A stretch of DNA of 64,000 nucleotides from Thecamonas trahens ATCC 50062 (taxonomy: Eukaryota; Protista; Apusomonadida): the NCBI RefSeq assembly GCF_000142905.1, contig NW_013657609.1, positions 67,185 through 131,184 on the forward strand, in the 5' to 3' direction. The position numbers and the translations under genes are program-made. The notes below the pieces were generated by a model. That model ran no database searches, had not been told where the DNA came from, and worked only from the letters and a program-made list of their open reading frames with translations. This document shows positions 10,301 through 19,530 of the stretch, in pieces. Position 1 is the stretch's first letter; each line of letters starts with the position of its first letter.

Positions 10301-13276
10301 GCGGTGGCGGTCCTCGCTCCTGATGCGGTGCTGGCCTTTGGGGGCAACTCGAGGGTGGTTGGCAACTCTGCGCTTTCTGGCAGTGGCGGCGGGGTGCTGG
10401 TGGCCAATGAGGCGGCGCGCGCATCGGTGACGGTGGTTGGCACCGAGATGTCGGGCAACACGGCCGGGGTGGCCGGCGGAGGGCTGGCCGCGTTTGCCGC
10501 GGCCGGCACGGGCGTGACCATCGGCGCAGGAACGATTGTGACGGGCAACTCGGCCGGAGCCGGCGGCGGAGTGGCGGCGCTGGCCGACTCGTACCTGCTG
10601 CCACGGACGACGCCACTGGCGGCGTCAGCTCTGGCACGAGCGCCAAGCGTTCCGCTGCTGGCTTCGCCGGTGGTGACCTTTGGCGCCGGCTCGACGCTTG
10701 GGAGCAACACGGCGGCGTACGGTGGAGCCTTTTTCGTGTGCAAGGCCAAAATCGATGCGTCGGCAGCTGGGCTGAGCGGCGGAAGCAGCGCAAGCATCGG
10801 AGGCGGCCACGTGTTTGTGTGTCTCGACTCGAGCGGGAGCGCGCCGGTGCAGGGCACATGGCTTGTTGACGTGAGCGGCGGGGCAGGTGCCGGCGCGGCG
10901 GGCGGGTACGGGCCGGCGCGGGCGAGTCCGCCGGCTGCGATCAGCTTGGAGCCTGCGGTGCGGGAAGCAGTCTCGGGGCTTGCGCTCGGCTCGGGCGCGG
11001 TGCAGGCGAGCGATGGATACGGGCAGCTTGTGCGTGATGGGCGGCTGGTGCTGCGTGTGCTTGATCCTGCGCTCGCAGGAGTGGCGGTGTCCGGGATGGA
11101 GCTCGGGGTTGTGTTTTCGGCAGCAACAGGCGAGGCGTCTGTGGCGCTGCTTGCGGCACTGGGCGCGGCGGAACAGCTGCCTGCGAGCGTCACACTGACG
11201 CTTGCCATCTCTGCGCCTGTGGGCACGCCTGCGGCGTCGACAGCGCTGCAGCTCGAGTTGGGGCTCTGCCCACCAGGCTTTGGAGCCAACGGGCTCGCGC
11301 CACTTGCAGACCAGTATCTGGTGTGCTCAGTGTGTGACGAGGGGTCATACTCGCCCGAGGCGTCCGATGCGCCGTGCGTGGCTGTGCCAGCATGCCCGGC
11401 GCGGTCGCTGCGGCGGGCGGCGCCGAACGCGACGGGGCTGGAGTCGTGCGAGTGCGAGGCCGGATCGTGGTCGCCCGAGGTCGAGCTGACGCGTCCGTGC
11501 ACGCCGTGCCCTCTGGGCGGGATCTGCGCCGGCGGGCGCGCGACGCCTGTGGCGGCGCCCGGGTTTGTGCCCGGGCCGGACGCGGTGGACCAGTTCCTCT
11601 CGTGCCCGACAGCCGAGGCGTGTACCGGCGGTGGGCAGTGCGCGGCAGGATACACGACGCGGCTGTGCGCGAGCTGCGCGTCGGGCTACTATCGGCTGGG
11701 AACCAAGTGCCGCAAATGCAACAACGCGCGGCAGGGCCTCCTGGTGACGCTCATTGTGATACTTGTTCTTGTTGTTCTCGGTGCGCTGCTCGGGTTCAAC
11801 CTCGCCGAGTCGCTGACGTACAAGTTTGTGGCGGCGATGATTGGGCTCAACGCACTGCAGATCTGCGCCATGTACGGCGAGCTGGACCTGGACTGGGGCG
11901 CTTTCGGGCGGGCGTTTTTCAACGTGGCGTCGAGCCTCAACCTCAACATGGAGCTGACGTCGCCCGAGTGCGCGGCGGCCAAGGGCATTGACATTTGGGT
12001 GCTCAAGCTTGTGCTCACGCTTTTGCTGCCTGTGCTTGCGGCGGGCGGGCTTGCGCTGATTGCCGGCGGCGTGTTCTACCCACTCATTGTGGTGGACGCG
12101 CCGTGGTTTGGCAGCAAGTCTGTGAGTCTCTTGGTGTCTGCGCTATGGCGGACGCTGTTCCAGGTCATGGTCCTGCTGTATCTGCCGCTTGTGGACGCGT
12201 CGTTCTCTGTGTTTGGATGCGGGCGTGACGAGGCCGGGCGGTGGTATGTTGCGGCGGATCCTTCGCGGAGCTGCTACAATGCGGCGTGGTGGGGCCTGTT
12301 CCCGATTGGGCTCTTGGGCATTGCCAGTTATGCGGTGGCGGTGCCTGTGGCGACAGTGATGCTGCTGCGGGCACGGCGGAAGGCACTCGACGAGGTGGCG
12401 TACGTGCTCAAGTACGGGTTCCTTGTGGCGCGGTTTGTGGACGAGTGCTGGTGGTACGAGGCGGCGATCATGGGGCGCAAGCTTGCGGTGGTAGTGGCCA
12501 TGACCTTTATGTTCTCTGCTGACGGCAAGGCGTCTGCTGGCGTTGTGGTTCTCATTCTCTCGCTCATCCAGCTTGCGGTGACCAAGCCGTACCGTTCTGC
12601 GTTGCACAACGTGGTGGCGATTGTGGCGCTGACAGCGGTGACGCTTGTTCTCGAGTCGGGCACCTTTGACGACAAAGGCCTTCGGCAGACTGGCGTCAAT
12701 CTCGGCATCGTGGTCATCATCGGCGTCATTCTTGTTGGCAACGGGCTCGACTTTTGGCGGCTGACCCGCGACGAGAAGGATGTCGACCAAGAGATGGTCA
12801 TGGCGGAGGAGAGCGGCGATGAGATGATGATGACGTCGATGGGCGATGTGCGGGTGGAGGACAAGCTCGATTCGGTGTGCGAGCTGCAGTCTGCGGCAAT
12901 GGCGCAGCAGGCCTCACTCGGCTTTTCGTCCAACGGCATGACATCGACGGCGATGCTGGACACGGCCAACGACTCGCTGGCAGCGGTGCCGACGCCGACG
13001 GCGCTCAACTCGAGCATGCCGACGATGGTGTACTCGGCGTCGTCGTCCGAGTTTACCCCCAACGGGCTCGCGTCGAGGTCGCAGCCTGTTGTGCCTGCGC
13101 CGCCCCCGTCGCCGATGTCACCCACCGCCGCTACGCCGGTGCCGCCGATACCACCTGCGCGGCCGCCGGCCAAGCCCGTGCGGCCAACCCGTGCGGCTGT
13201 ACAGCCACCTGTGAGGCCTGCGCGACCGGCGGTGGCGCCCAAGCCAAACATAGGCAGCGTGGAGGAGATAGTGTAA
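7395..13276 (+). CDS. ~1960-aa surface protein: signal peptide, many FG-GAP/VCBS repeats, GGA/FxxN beta-helix repeats, Cys-rich GCC2/3-like repeats, multi-TM domain, Pro-rich tail; 1-nt frameshift at ~7610
   Basis: Repeated D-x-[DN]-x-D-G-x-x-D motifs, FSGNTAKSLGGAV-type repeats, CP.GG.C.GG Cys motifs, hydrophobic helices with KYGFL...WWYE...RKL. The signal-peptide ORF 7395-7628 joins if CCAAC is read as CCAAAC. Confidence 0.88.
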
Positions 13277-13299
13277 AAGCATGCCAAGGGCGAGTGCCA

Positions 13300-14145
13300 T
13301 CACTGGATGGAGCACTTTTTGTCGTCGTCAGCAGGAGCGACCGGCTTCTTGTCGCGGCCCCTTGCCGCCCGCTGCTTGGCCAGGAGCTCCTTCTCGAGAG
13401 CCAGGCCGGCCTTTTCCCTCGCACGGGCCTTGTAGTACATCTGCTCCGGAGTGAGGCCGGCGTCCGAGTCGTCGTCCGAGTCGTCGTCCGAGACATCGCT
13501 ATCGTAGTCCGAGTACGAGATCGATGCCGAGTACGAGGCGCTTGACGACGAGTGCTGCTGCTGCTGCTCCTTCTTCTTCCTCTTCATGCGCTTCTCCTTG
13601 CGCCTCTTGTGGTTGCGCTTCCCCTTCCCGATCTGCGGCGGGCGAGCGCTCACTCCTGGCGATTGCAGGCGGCCGGCAGCATCCACGACGGGCAGGGCGT
13701 CCAGAGCGGTCAAAGCAGCATGTGGATCATGCGTAGCGACCTGCATATCCGGATGAGCAACCGGAGTGCGAGCATCTCCCGCAGCGGCAGCCTTGAGCCT
13801 CTCCAGCCTCTGAGCCATGGCGTAGGCACTGGCACGCTCATAGGCATCACCAGCCTCTTCATCGGCATGGATCTCATCAGCAATCTGCTCGAGAAGCGCA
13901 TCGGCAGCTTGGTCATCGTCAGCTTCCAATGCCAGAACATCAGCATCAGCCCACGGTCGGCTACCACCACCACCACCACCATGTGCGCGAGGCAGAGGAG
14001 GACCACCGGCAAGAGCGGCAAAGCGAGCAGCGAGGTCATGGTCGGCATGATGAGCATTGTGTGAGAGTACGCCCTGTTCGAGAGCAACAGCCTCGGCGGT
14101 CTGGCGGAGGAGTCGTTCGACTTCGTCTTCGTCTGGGAGGGACAT
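13300..14145 (-). CDS. Hypothetical protein with MIM1-like/ANCHR-like helices and C-terminal CaaX (KKCSIQ)
   Basis: ATG-started 281-aa ORF containing VERLLRQTAEAVALE, DLAARFAAL, ALLEQIADEIHADE, MAQRLERLK and terminal CSIQ. Confidence 0.65.
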   Translation of the reverse strand: MSLPDEDEVERLLRQTAEAVALEQGVLSHNAHHADHDLAARFAALAGGPPLPRAHGGGGGGSRPWADADVLALEADDDQAADALLEQIADEIHADEEAGDAYERASAYAMAQRLERLKAAAAGDARTPVAHPDMQVATHDPHAALTALDALPVVDAAGRLQSPGVSARPPQIGKGKRNHKRRKEKRMKRKKKEQQQQHSSSSASYSASISYSDYDSDVSDDDSDDDSDAGLTPEQMYYKARAREKAGLALEKELLAKQRAARGRDKKPVAPADDDKKCSIQ

Positions 14146-14155
14146 GAGGGAGGGT

Positions 14156-14510
14156 GATCATGATGGGGATGATTGTTGATGGTGGTGAGTGTGGTCATGG
14201 TGATCATGATGGGGATGATTGTTGATGGTGGTGAGTGTGGTCATGGTGATCATGATGGGGATGATTGTTGATGGTGGTGAGTGTGGTCATGGTGATCATG
14301 ATGGGGATGATTGTTGATGGTGGTGAGTGTGGTCATGGTGATCATGATGGGGATGATTGTTGATGGTGGTGAGTGTGGTCATGGTGATCATGATGGGGAT
14401 GATTGTTGATGGTGGTGAGTGTGGTCATGGTGATCATGATGGGGATGATTGCTGATGGTGGTGAGTGTGGTCATGGTGATCATGATGGGGATGATTGCTG
14501 ATGGTGGTGA
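14156..14510. repeat. 46-bp minisatellite, 7-8 copies
   Basis: gatcatgatggggatgattgttgatggtggtgagtgtggtcatggt repeats with period 46. Confidence 0.92.
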
Positions 14511-14687
14511 ACATGATGATGGTGATCGCGCTCATGGTGACGATGATGGTGATCGTGCTCGTAATGGCCATGTTGGTGATCGTGCTCATGGTGTAGCCGC
14601 CATGGCCATGGCATCTTCGCCTCTGGCTGGTGCAGGAGAGGGAGAGTCCGAGACACACTTGTCTTGAGGCCCTCCTTTCCTCGTCCG

Positions 14688-15491
14688 ATGTCATCAGGAG
14701 CTGTTCTTGAGGCATGTGTTGACTGTCCGGCATCTGCGCGAGCTGCCATCGCCGGCAGAGTCAACTCGATCGAGCTGTGCGCAGGGCTAGCCACGGGCGG
14801 GGTGACGCCGTCGCTGGGCCTGATCCGAGCCGTGGCGTGCATGGCGGCAGCGGCCACTCCGCCGGTCCCAATCACTGTTCTCGTTCGTCTCCGTGACGGC
14901 GATTTTGTCTACTCGCCCGACGACATCGCTGTCATGGTTGACGACATCGCCGCTATCGGCAGCCTCGCTGCCGATCTCCCTCCTGGCGCCATTGCCGGCG
15001 TCGCCATCGGCGCACTCGCTCCCGACGGCACCGCCGACCTAGTGGCCACTGCAGCCATGGCCAGGGCTGCCCAGGAAGCTGGTCTGGCCATCACCCTCCA
15101 TCGCGCCTTTGACGCCGCCATCGATCCCGTGGCTGCCTACCTCGCCGTCGTCGATCATCTCGCCGGCGCCGTCTCCCGCGTCCTCACCTCGGGCGGGGCG
15201 GCGACGGCGGCAGCAGGCACAGACGCGCTGCACCAGCTCCTCGCCGGGCTTGCAAGCACCACGCACGGGCAGGCGGTGACGGTTGTCGCCGCGGCGGGGC
15301 TCTCGCCGACGTCCGCCTCAGGCGTCCTCGCAGCAGGCGCCCACGGCGTCCACGGCTCGTTCTCGACAATCGTCGTCCGAGCCGACGACGAGGCGGCGGT
15401 GGCAGGCGAGGCCATCGGCTTTGGTCGCGGGCATAGAGAGACCGATGCGGAGGTGGTGGCTGCTGTGGCAGACGTGATGGCCTTGTCGTAG
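14688..15491 (+). CDS. CUTC: Copper homeostasis protein CutC
   Basis: LEACVD, IELCAGLATGGVTPSLG, VRLRDGDFVYS, TLHRAFD, RVLTSGG. Confidence 0.92.
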   Translation: MSSGAVLEACVDCPASARAAIAGRVNSIELCAGLATGGVTPSLGLIRAVACMAAAATPPVPITVLVRLRDGDFVYSPDDIAVMVDDIAAIGSLAADLPPGAIAGVAIGALAPDGTADLVATAAMARAAQEAGLAITLHRAFDAAIDPVAAYLAVVDHLAGAVSRVLTSGGAATAAAGTDALHQLLAGLASTTHGQAVTVVAAAGLSPTSASGVLAAGAHGVHGSFSTIVVRADDEAAVAGEAIGFGRGHRETDAEVVAAVADVMALS

Positions 15492-15539
15492 GGGGATGGG
15501 CTGTGCGCATGGAGTCCTCGATCGCGCCTTCCGTAGCGA

Positions 15540-15770
15540 CGATGGCCATGATGATGACTCTCACCATGATAACCATGATGACCATGATGGCGATGGCTAT
15601 GATGATGATGACCATGATGACCATGATGGCGATGACTATGTTGACTCTCACCATGATAACCATGATGACCATGATGGCGATGGCTATGATGATGATGACC
15701 ATGATGACCATGATGACCATGACTCTGACCATGACTCTGACCATGACTCTGACTCTGACTCTCACCATGC
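15540..15770. repeat. GAT/CAT low-complexity repeat upstream of the Rab gene
   Basis: gatgaccat and gactctgaccat units. Confidence 0.8.
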
Positions 15771-15946
15771 TAGCCATATCAGCCATGCTGACCCCCTTGG
15801 CCCCCCTCCCCCTCCCCCCGACCAATGCCCAAGTCAGGCACCGACCCCCCTCCCTCCCTCCCCCCTCCCCCCCCTCCCTCCCTCCCTGCCCCTCCCTCCC
15901 CTCACCGCGACAGAGGTTACACTCGTCTCGTCGCCGTGGTTGAGTC

Positions 15947-17783
15947 ATGGCGGAGGGCAAGGAGGAGAAGCTATTCAAGGTACGGAAGGGGAAGGGGAGG
16001 AGGGGAGGGGGAGGGGTCGGTCGGTGTGTGTGTGTGGGTNNNNNNNNNNNNNNNNNNNNNNNNNNNNNNNNNNNNNNNNNNNNNNNNNNNNNNNNNNNNN
16101 NNNNNNNNNNNNNNNNNNNNNNNNNNNNNNNNNNNNNNNNNNNNNNNNNNNNNNNNNNNNNNNNNNNNNNNNNNNNNNNNNNNNNNNNNNNNNNNNNNNN
16201 NNNNNNNNNNNNNNNNNNNNNNNNNNNNNNNNNNNNNNNNNNNNNNNNNNNNNNNNNNNNNNNNNNNNNNNNNNNNNNNNNNNNNNNNNNNNNNNNNNNN
16301 NNNNNNNNNNNNNNNNNNNNNNNNNNNNNNNNNNNNNNNNNNNNNNNNNNNNNNNNNNNNNNNNNNNNNNNNNNNNNNNNNNNNNNNNNNNNNNNNNNNN
16401 NNNNNNNNNNNNNNNNNNNNNNNNNNNNNNNNNNNNNNNNNNNNNNNNNNNNGGGGGGGGGGGGTGGGGAGGGGGGGGGGGGGGGGGGGTGGAGGAAGGG
16501 GTTGAGGGGACGGGCAAGCGGTGACGATGATGACAGGGACAAGGGTCGGCAAGGGAATGGCCTTGGTCGGATGGACTTGGTCGGACACGGTCATGTTGTC
16601 GGAAGTGTCGGGATGGGGGTCCAAGGCGTTATGCGGTGGTGGTGGTGGCATGGGCGGAGTGATGCATGCCTGAGCCATGGCGATGGCACGTGCGACCGGA
16701 GTAAGACCCGGCCGGAGCAAGGCGCGGCCTGGGCGATGGCAGGTGTAGTCGAAGCAAGACCCGGCCGGAGCAAGGCGCGGCCTGGGCGATGGCAGGTGTA
16801 GTCGGAGCAAGACCCGGCCGGAGCAAGGCGCGGCCTGGCCTGGGCGATGGCAGGTGTAGTCGGAGCAAGGCGTGGCCGAAGCAAGCAAGGTGCGGCCGGA
16901 GCAAGGCGCGGTCATGTTCATTCAGCAGGCGCTTCGATCTTGTCTCCGAGGCGGCTTTGAGCGATCACGAAGGTCGTGAGCGGAGGGTTAGAGGCGGAGG
17001 AGGCATGGCGGGGCTTGGTCGCTTTGTGGCGAAGAGCACTCACAGCATTGGACACGGGAGGGGGGGACAGGTAATCGTCTGTGGAGACTATGCGGTGGGC
17101 AAGACTTCGCTCATCAGGCGGTACTGCGAGAACACGTTCTCGCCCAACTACAAGCTGGTACGCGCAGAGAGAGAGAGAGAGAGGAGGAAGGAGGGGAGGG
17201 GGGAGAGGGCGAGGCTCACGAGGGGAGTACCATGCAGACGATTGGAGTCGACTTTTCGGTCAAGGCACTCGAGCGCGATGAGACGACGGTCAAGCTGCAG
17301 ATCTGGGACATTGCCGGGCACGAGCGGTTTGGCTGCATGACGCATGCGTACTACAAGCACTGCATTGCGGCGGTGGTGGTGTACGACGTGACTCGCGATG
17401 CCACCTTTGACTCGGTCATCAAGTGGAAGCGCGACATCAACTCCAAGGTCGTTCTTGCCAACGGCGAGCCTGTGCCCACGCTTTTGCTGGCGAACAAGGC
17501 CGACTCGGGCTCGGTCCCGTCGCCGACCGAGCTCGACGACTACTGCGCCGCGAACGGGTTCATCGGATGGTTCGCTACGTCGGCGCGCGAGAACATCGGA
17601 ATCACAGAGGCCATGGACACCCTGACAACCCACATCCTGCGCGTCGCCGAGTCGAACATCCCGCGCGAGACCGCCACAGGCATCGTCTCGCTCGTCGGCG
17701 CTCCGCCCAATTCAGGCGGCGCCGTCCCGGACTCGGGCGCGAGCTCGTCCGACGGCTCCAAGAAGTGTGCTTGCTCGTTCTAG
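15947..17783 (+). CDS. RAB32: Rab32/38-family GTPase; exons 15947-15979, 17071-17157, 17238-17783
   Basis: Spliced product MAEGKEEKLFK|VIVCGDYAVGKTS...NYKL|TIGVDF...WDIAG(H)ERFG; WDIAG is the Rab32/38/29 signature. Also KWKRDINSKV, LLANKAD, WFATSA and a CACSF prenylation end. Confidence 0.88.
16695..16912. repeat. 53-bp GC-rich tandem repeat (3-4 copies, decaying) in Rab intron 1
   Basis: aagacccggccggagcaaggcgcggcctgg at 16703, 16756 and 16809. Confidence 0.85.
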
Positions 17784-17907
17784 CCGGAACTACTCGAGAT
17801 AAACCCAAAACAGGCGAAAGAGAACACCAAGGATGTGCGTGTGTGTGTGTGGGTGGGGGGGGGGGGGGGGGGTCGCGTTCATTGGTGACCGCTGACAGCG
17901 CCATCTC

Positions 17908-19422
17908 TCACGACTTCTTGCGAGCAATGAGAACAATGACCATGGCAACGATCATGACGATGAGCAAGAGGATGATGAGCTTGGAGCGGTACTTTTTGTG
18001 GTACTCGTTACCCTTGGCGAGCTGCTTGACTGCCGACTCGGTGTGCTGCACCACCTGCTCCACATTGTAGTCGATCTGGTCCAGCAGCGTGCCTTGCTCG
18101 ATGACCAGCAGCGACATGTCCTTGAACATCTCGGCCAGGTCGACAATCGACCGATAGATGTTCTGGATCTCCGCAGACCGCTCTTGGATCAGCGCGTCCG
18201 AGTCTGCCACAACCTGCTCCTGCTCAAAAGAAAAGCCCGAGTCGACGTAGCCCGAGTAGTCAGGGAACATGTCGTCGTCGTCGCCGCCAGCGCCGCCGAC
18301 ACCTGCGCCGGCTGCTGACGACGCCCCGGCACCGCCGGCGCCCGCTGGCCGCCGCGAGAGGCCAAAATCGTCCAGTCCACCCTTGGTCCGCTCCTCGCGG
18401 GACTTCATCCGCGCCAGATACTTCTCCTGCGACTTGCGGAACTTGCCCATGAGGTCCTGCAGCTGCAGCGCATACGCCGATGTCAGGTTGCGCTTGATTT
18501 TCACCTCCTGCCCGGTCTCCTTGGAGAGCGGGTCCGGGTCGCCGAGGTGCTTCACCTTGGTCTTTGCCGACGAGAACAGACGCGTGATCTCAGAGGTCAC
18601 AGCCTCAATCTCGTGCGCGTCTGCATCGCCCTCAGGGCCCGCCGAAATCGCCACTTGCGACAAGTGCTTGGAGTGGAGTCGTGCCAGATGTGCCACTGTG
18701 TGTAGGGAAGGAGCGTGAGTAAGAGTGACGGCGGGAGCCCGTGCATGTGACTCCAGCATCGCCAGCCACTAGCCGCGCTACAGTAGCTCGGATAGGTGCG
18801 CAATGGCTTATAGCAGAGGTACACGAGTCTATGTGCTCCTCGCCTTTGCCCGCCACGAAGAGACCGATCGCATGTCACGGGCACAAAGGTGAGCCCACGC
18901 TCGACCATCGCTCCTGGCATACCCGACTTGCGCGTTCATGCAAGCGACACCAGATCCCCCCATCGACCGACCACCACCACACGCAGCCATGGACCAAGCA
19001 GCTTCAGCCCATGGCGCATCTCAGCAGAGAGAATGATCAACTCGTCCAAGCACTGTTTGAGGCGGAGAGCAACGACGATGACAATGATGACGGAACAATT
19101 GGCGATGATGATGGTGACGATGGTGACGATGGTGACGATGGTGACGATGGTGACGATACTGCTTGCCGTTGATGGTGACGATGGTGACGATGGTGACGAT
19201 ACTGCTTGCCGTTGAAGGCAACCGATCACATGTGCGATCTGAAGACGGACAGCGCGCGGGCGGCCGGGTAGCAGCGGAACGGAGGGACACGGGGGGGAGG
19301 GGGGGGGAAGGGGGAGAGGGGGGAGAGGGGGTACGTACTACGATGGTTGATCTGTGTGACGATGTCATCGATGTCTTGGGTGTGCTCCACCCACTGCGGA
19401 GGAATATCCAGTGCGACAGCAC
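17908..19422 (-). CDS. STX16: Syntaxin-16/Tlg2 (Qa-SNARE); exons ~19422-19339 and 18695-17908; first exon unresolved
   Basis: IPPQWVE...INHR spliced (GTACGT..CAG, phase 1) to MAHLARLHSKHL. Also FRKSQEKYL, SNARE motif LVIEQGTLLDQIDYNVE and a C-terminal TM helix. Confidence 0.9.
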
Positions 19423-19530
19423 CTATGACAGGGGACGGGGTGGTCGTCGCGTGCGTGTGTGTGTGTGTGTGTGGGGGGGGGGGGGGCGAAAGAGCGACCT
19501 GGTTCACCATCTGTCTCTGTCCCTCGCCCA

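Noticed and set aside
7671-13545. Many long antisense and alternate-frame ORFs over GC-rich genes
   Set aside because: Expected shadow ORFs from high GC and strong codon bias; they show no independent motifs.
16695-16912. 53-bp (and 46-bp, 39-bp) repeat arrays as CRISPR-like arrays
   Set aside because: Head-to-tail tandem units with no unique spacers, no cas genes, and a eukaryotic context.
18741-19172. Plus-strand ORF inside the syntaxin-16 intron as a nested gene
   Set aside because: No recognisable domain, weak codon bias, and it ends in a GATGGTGAC repeat.
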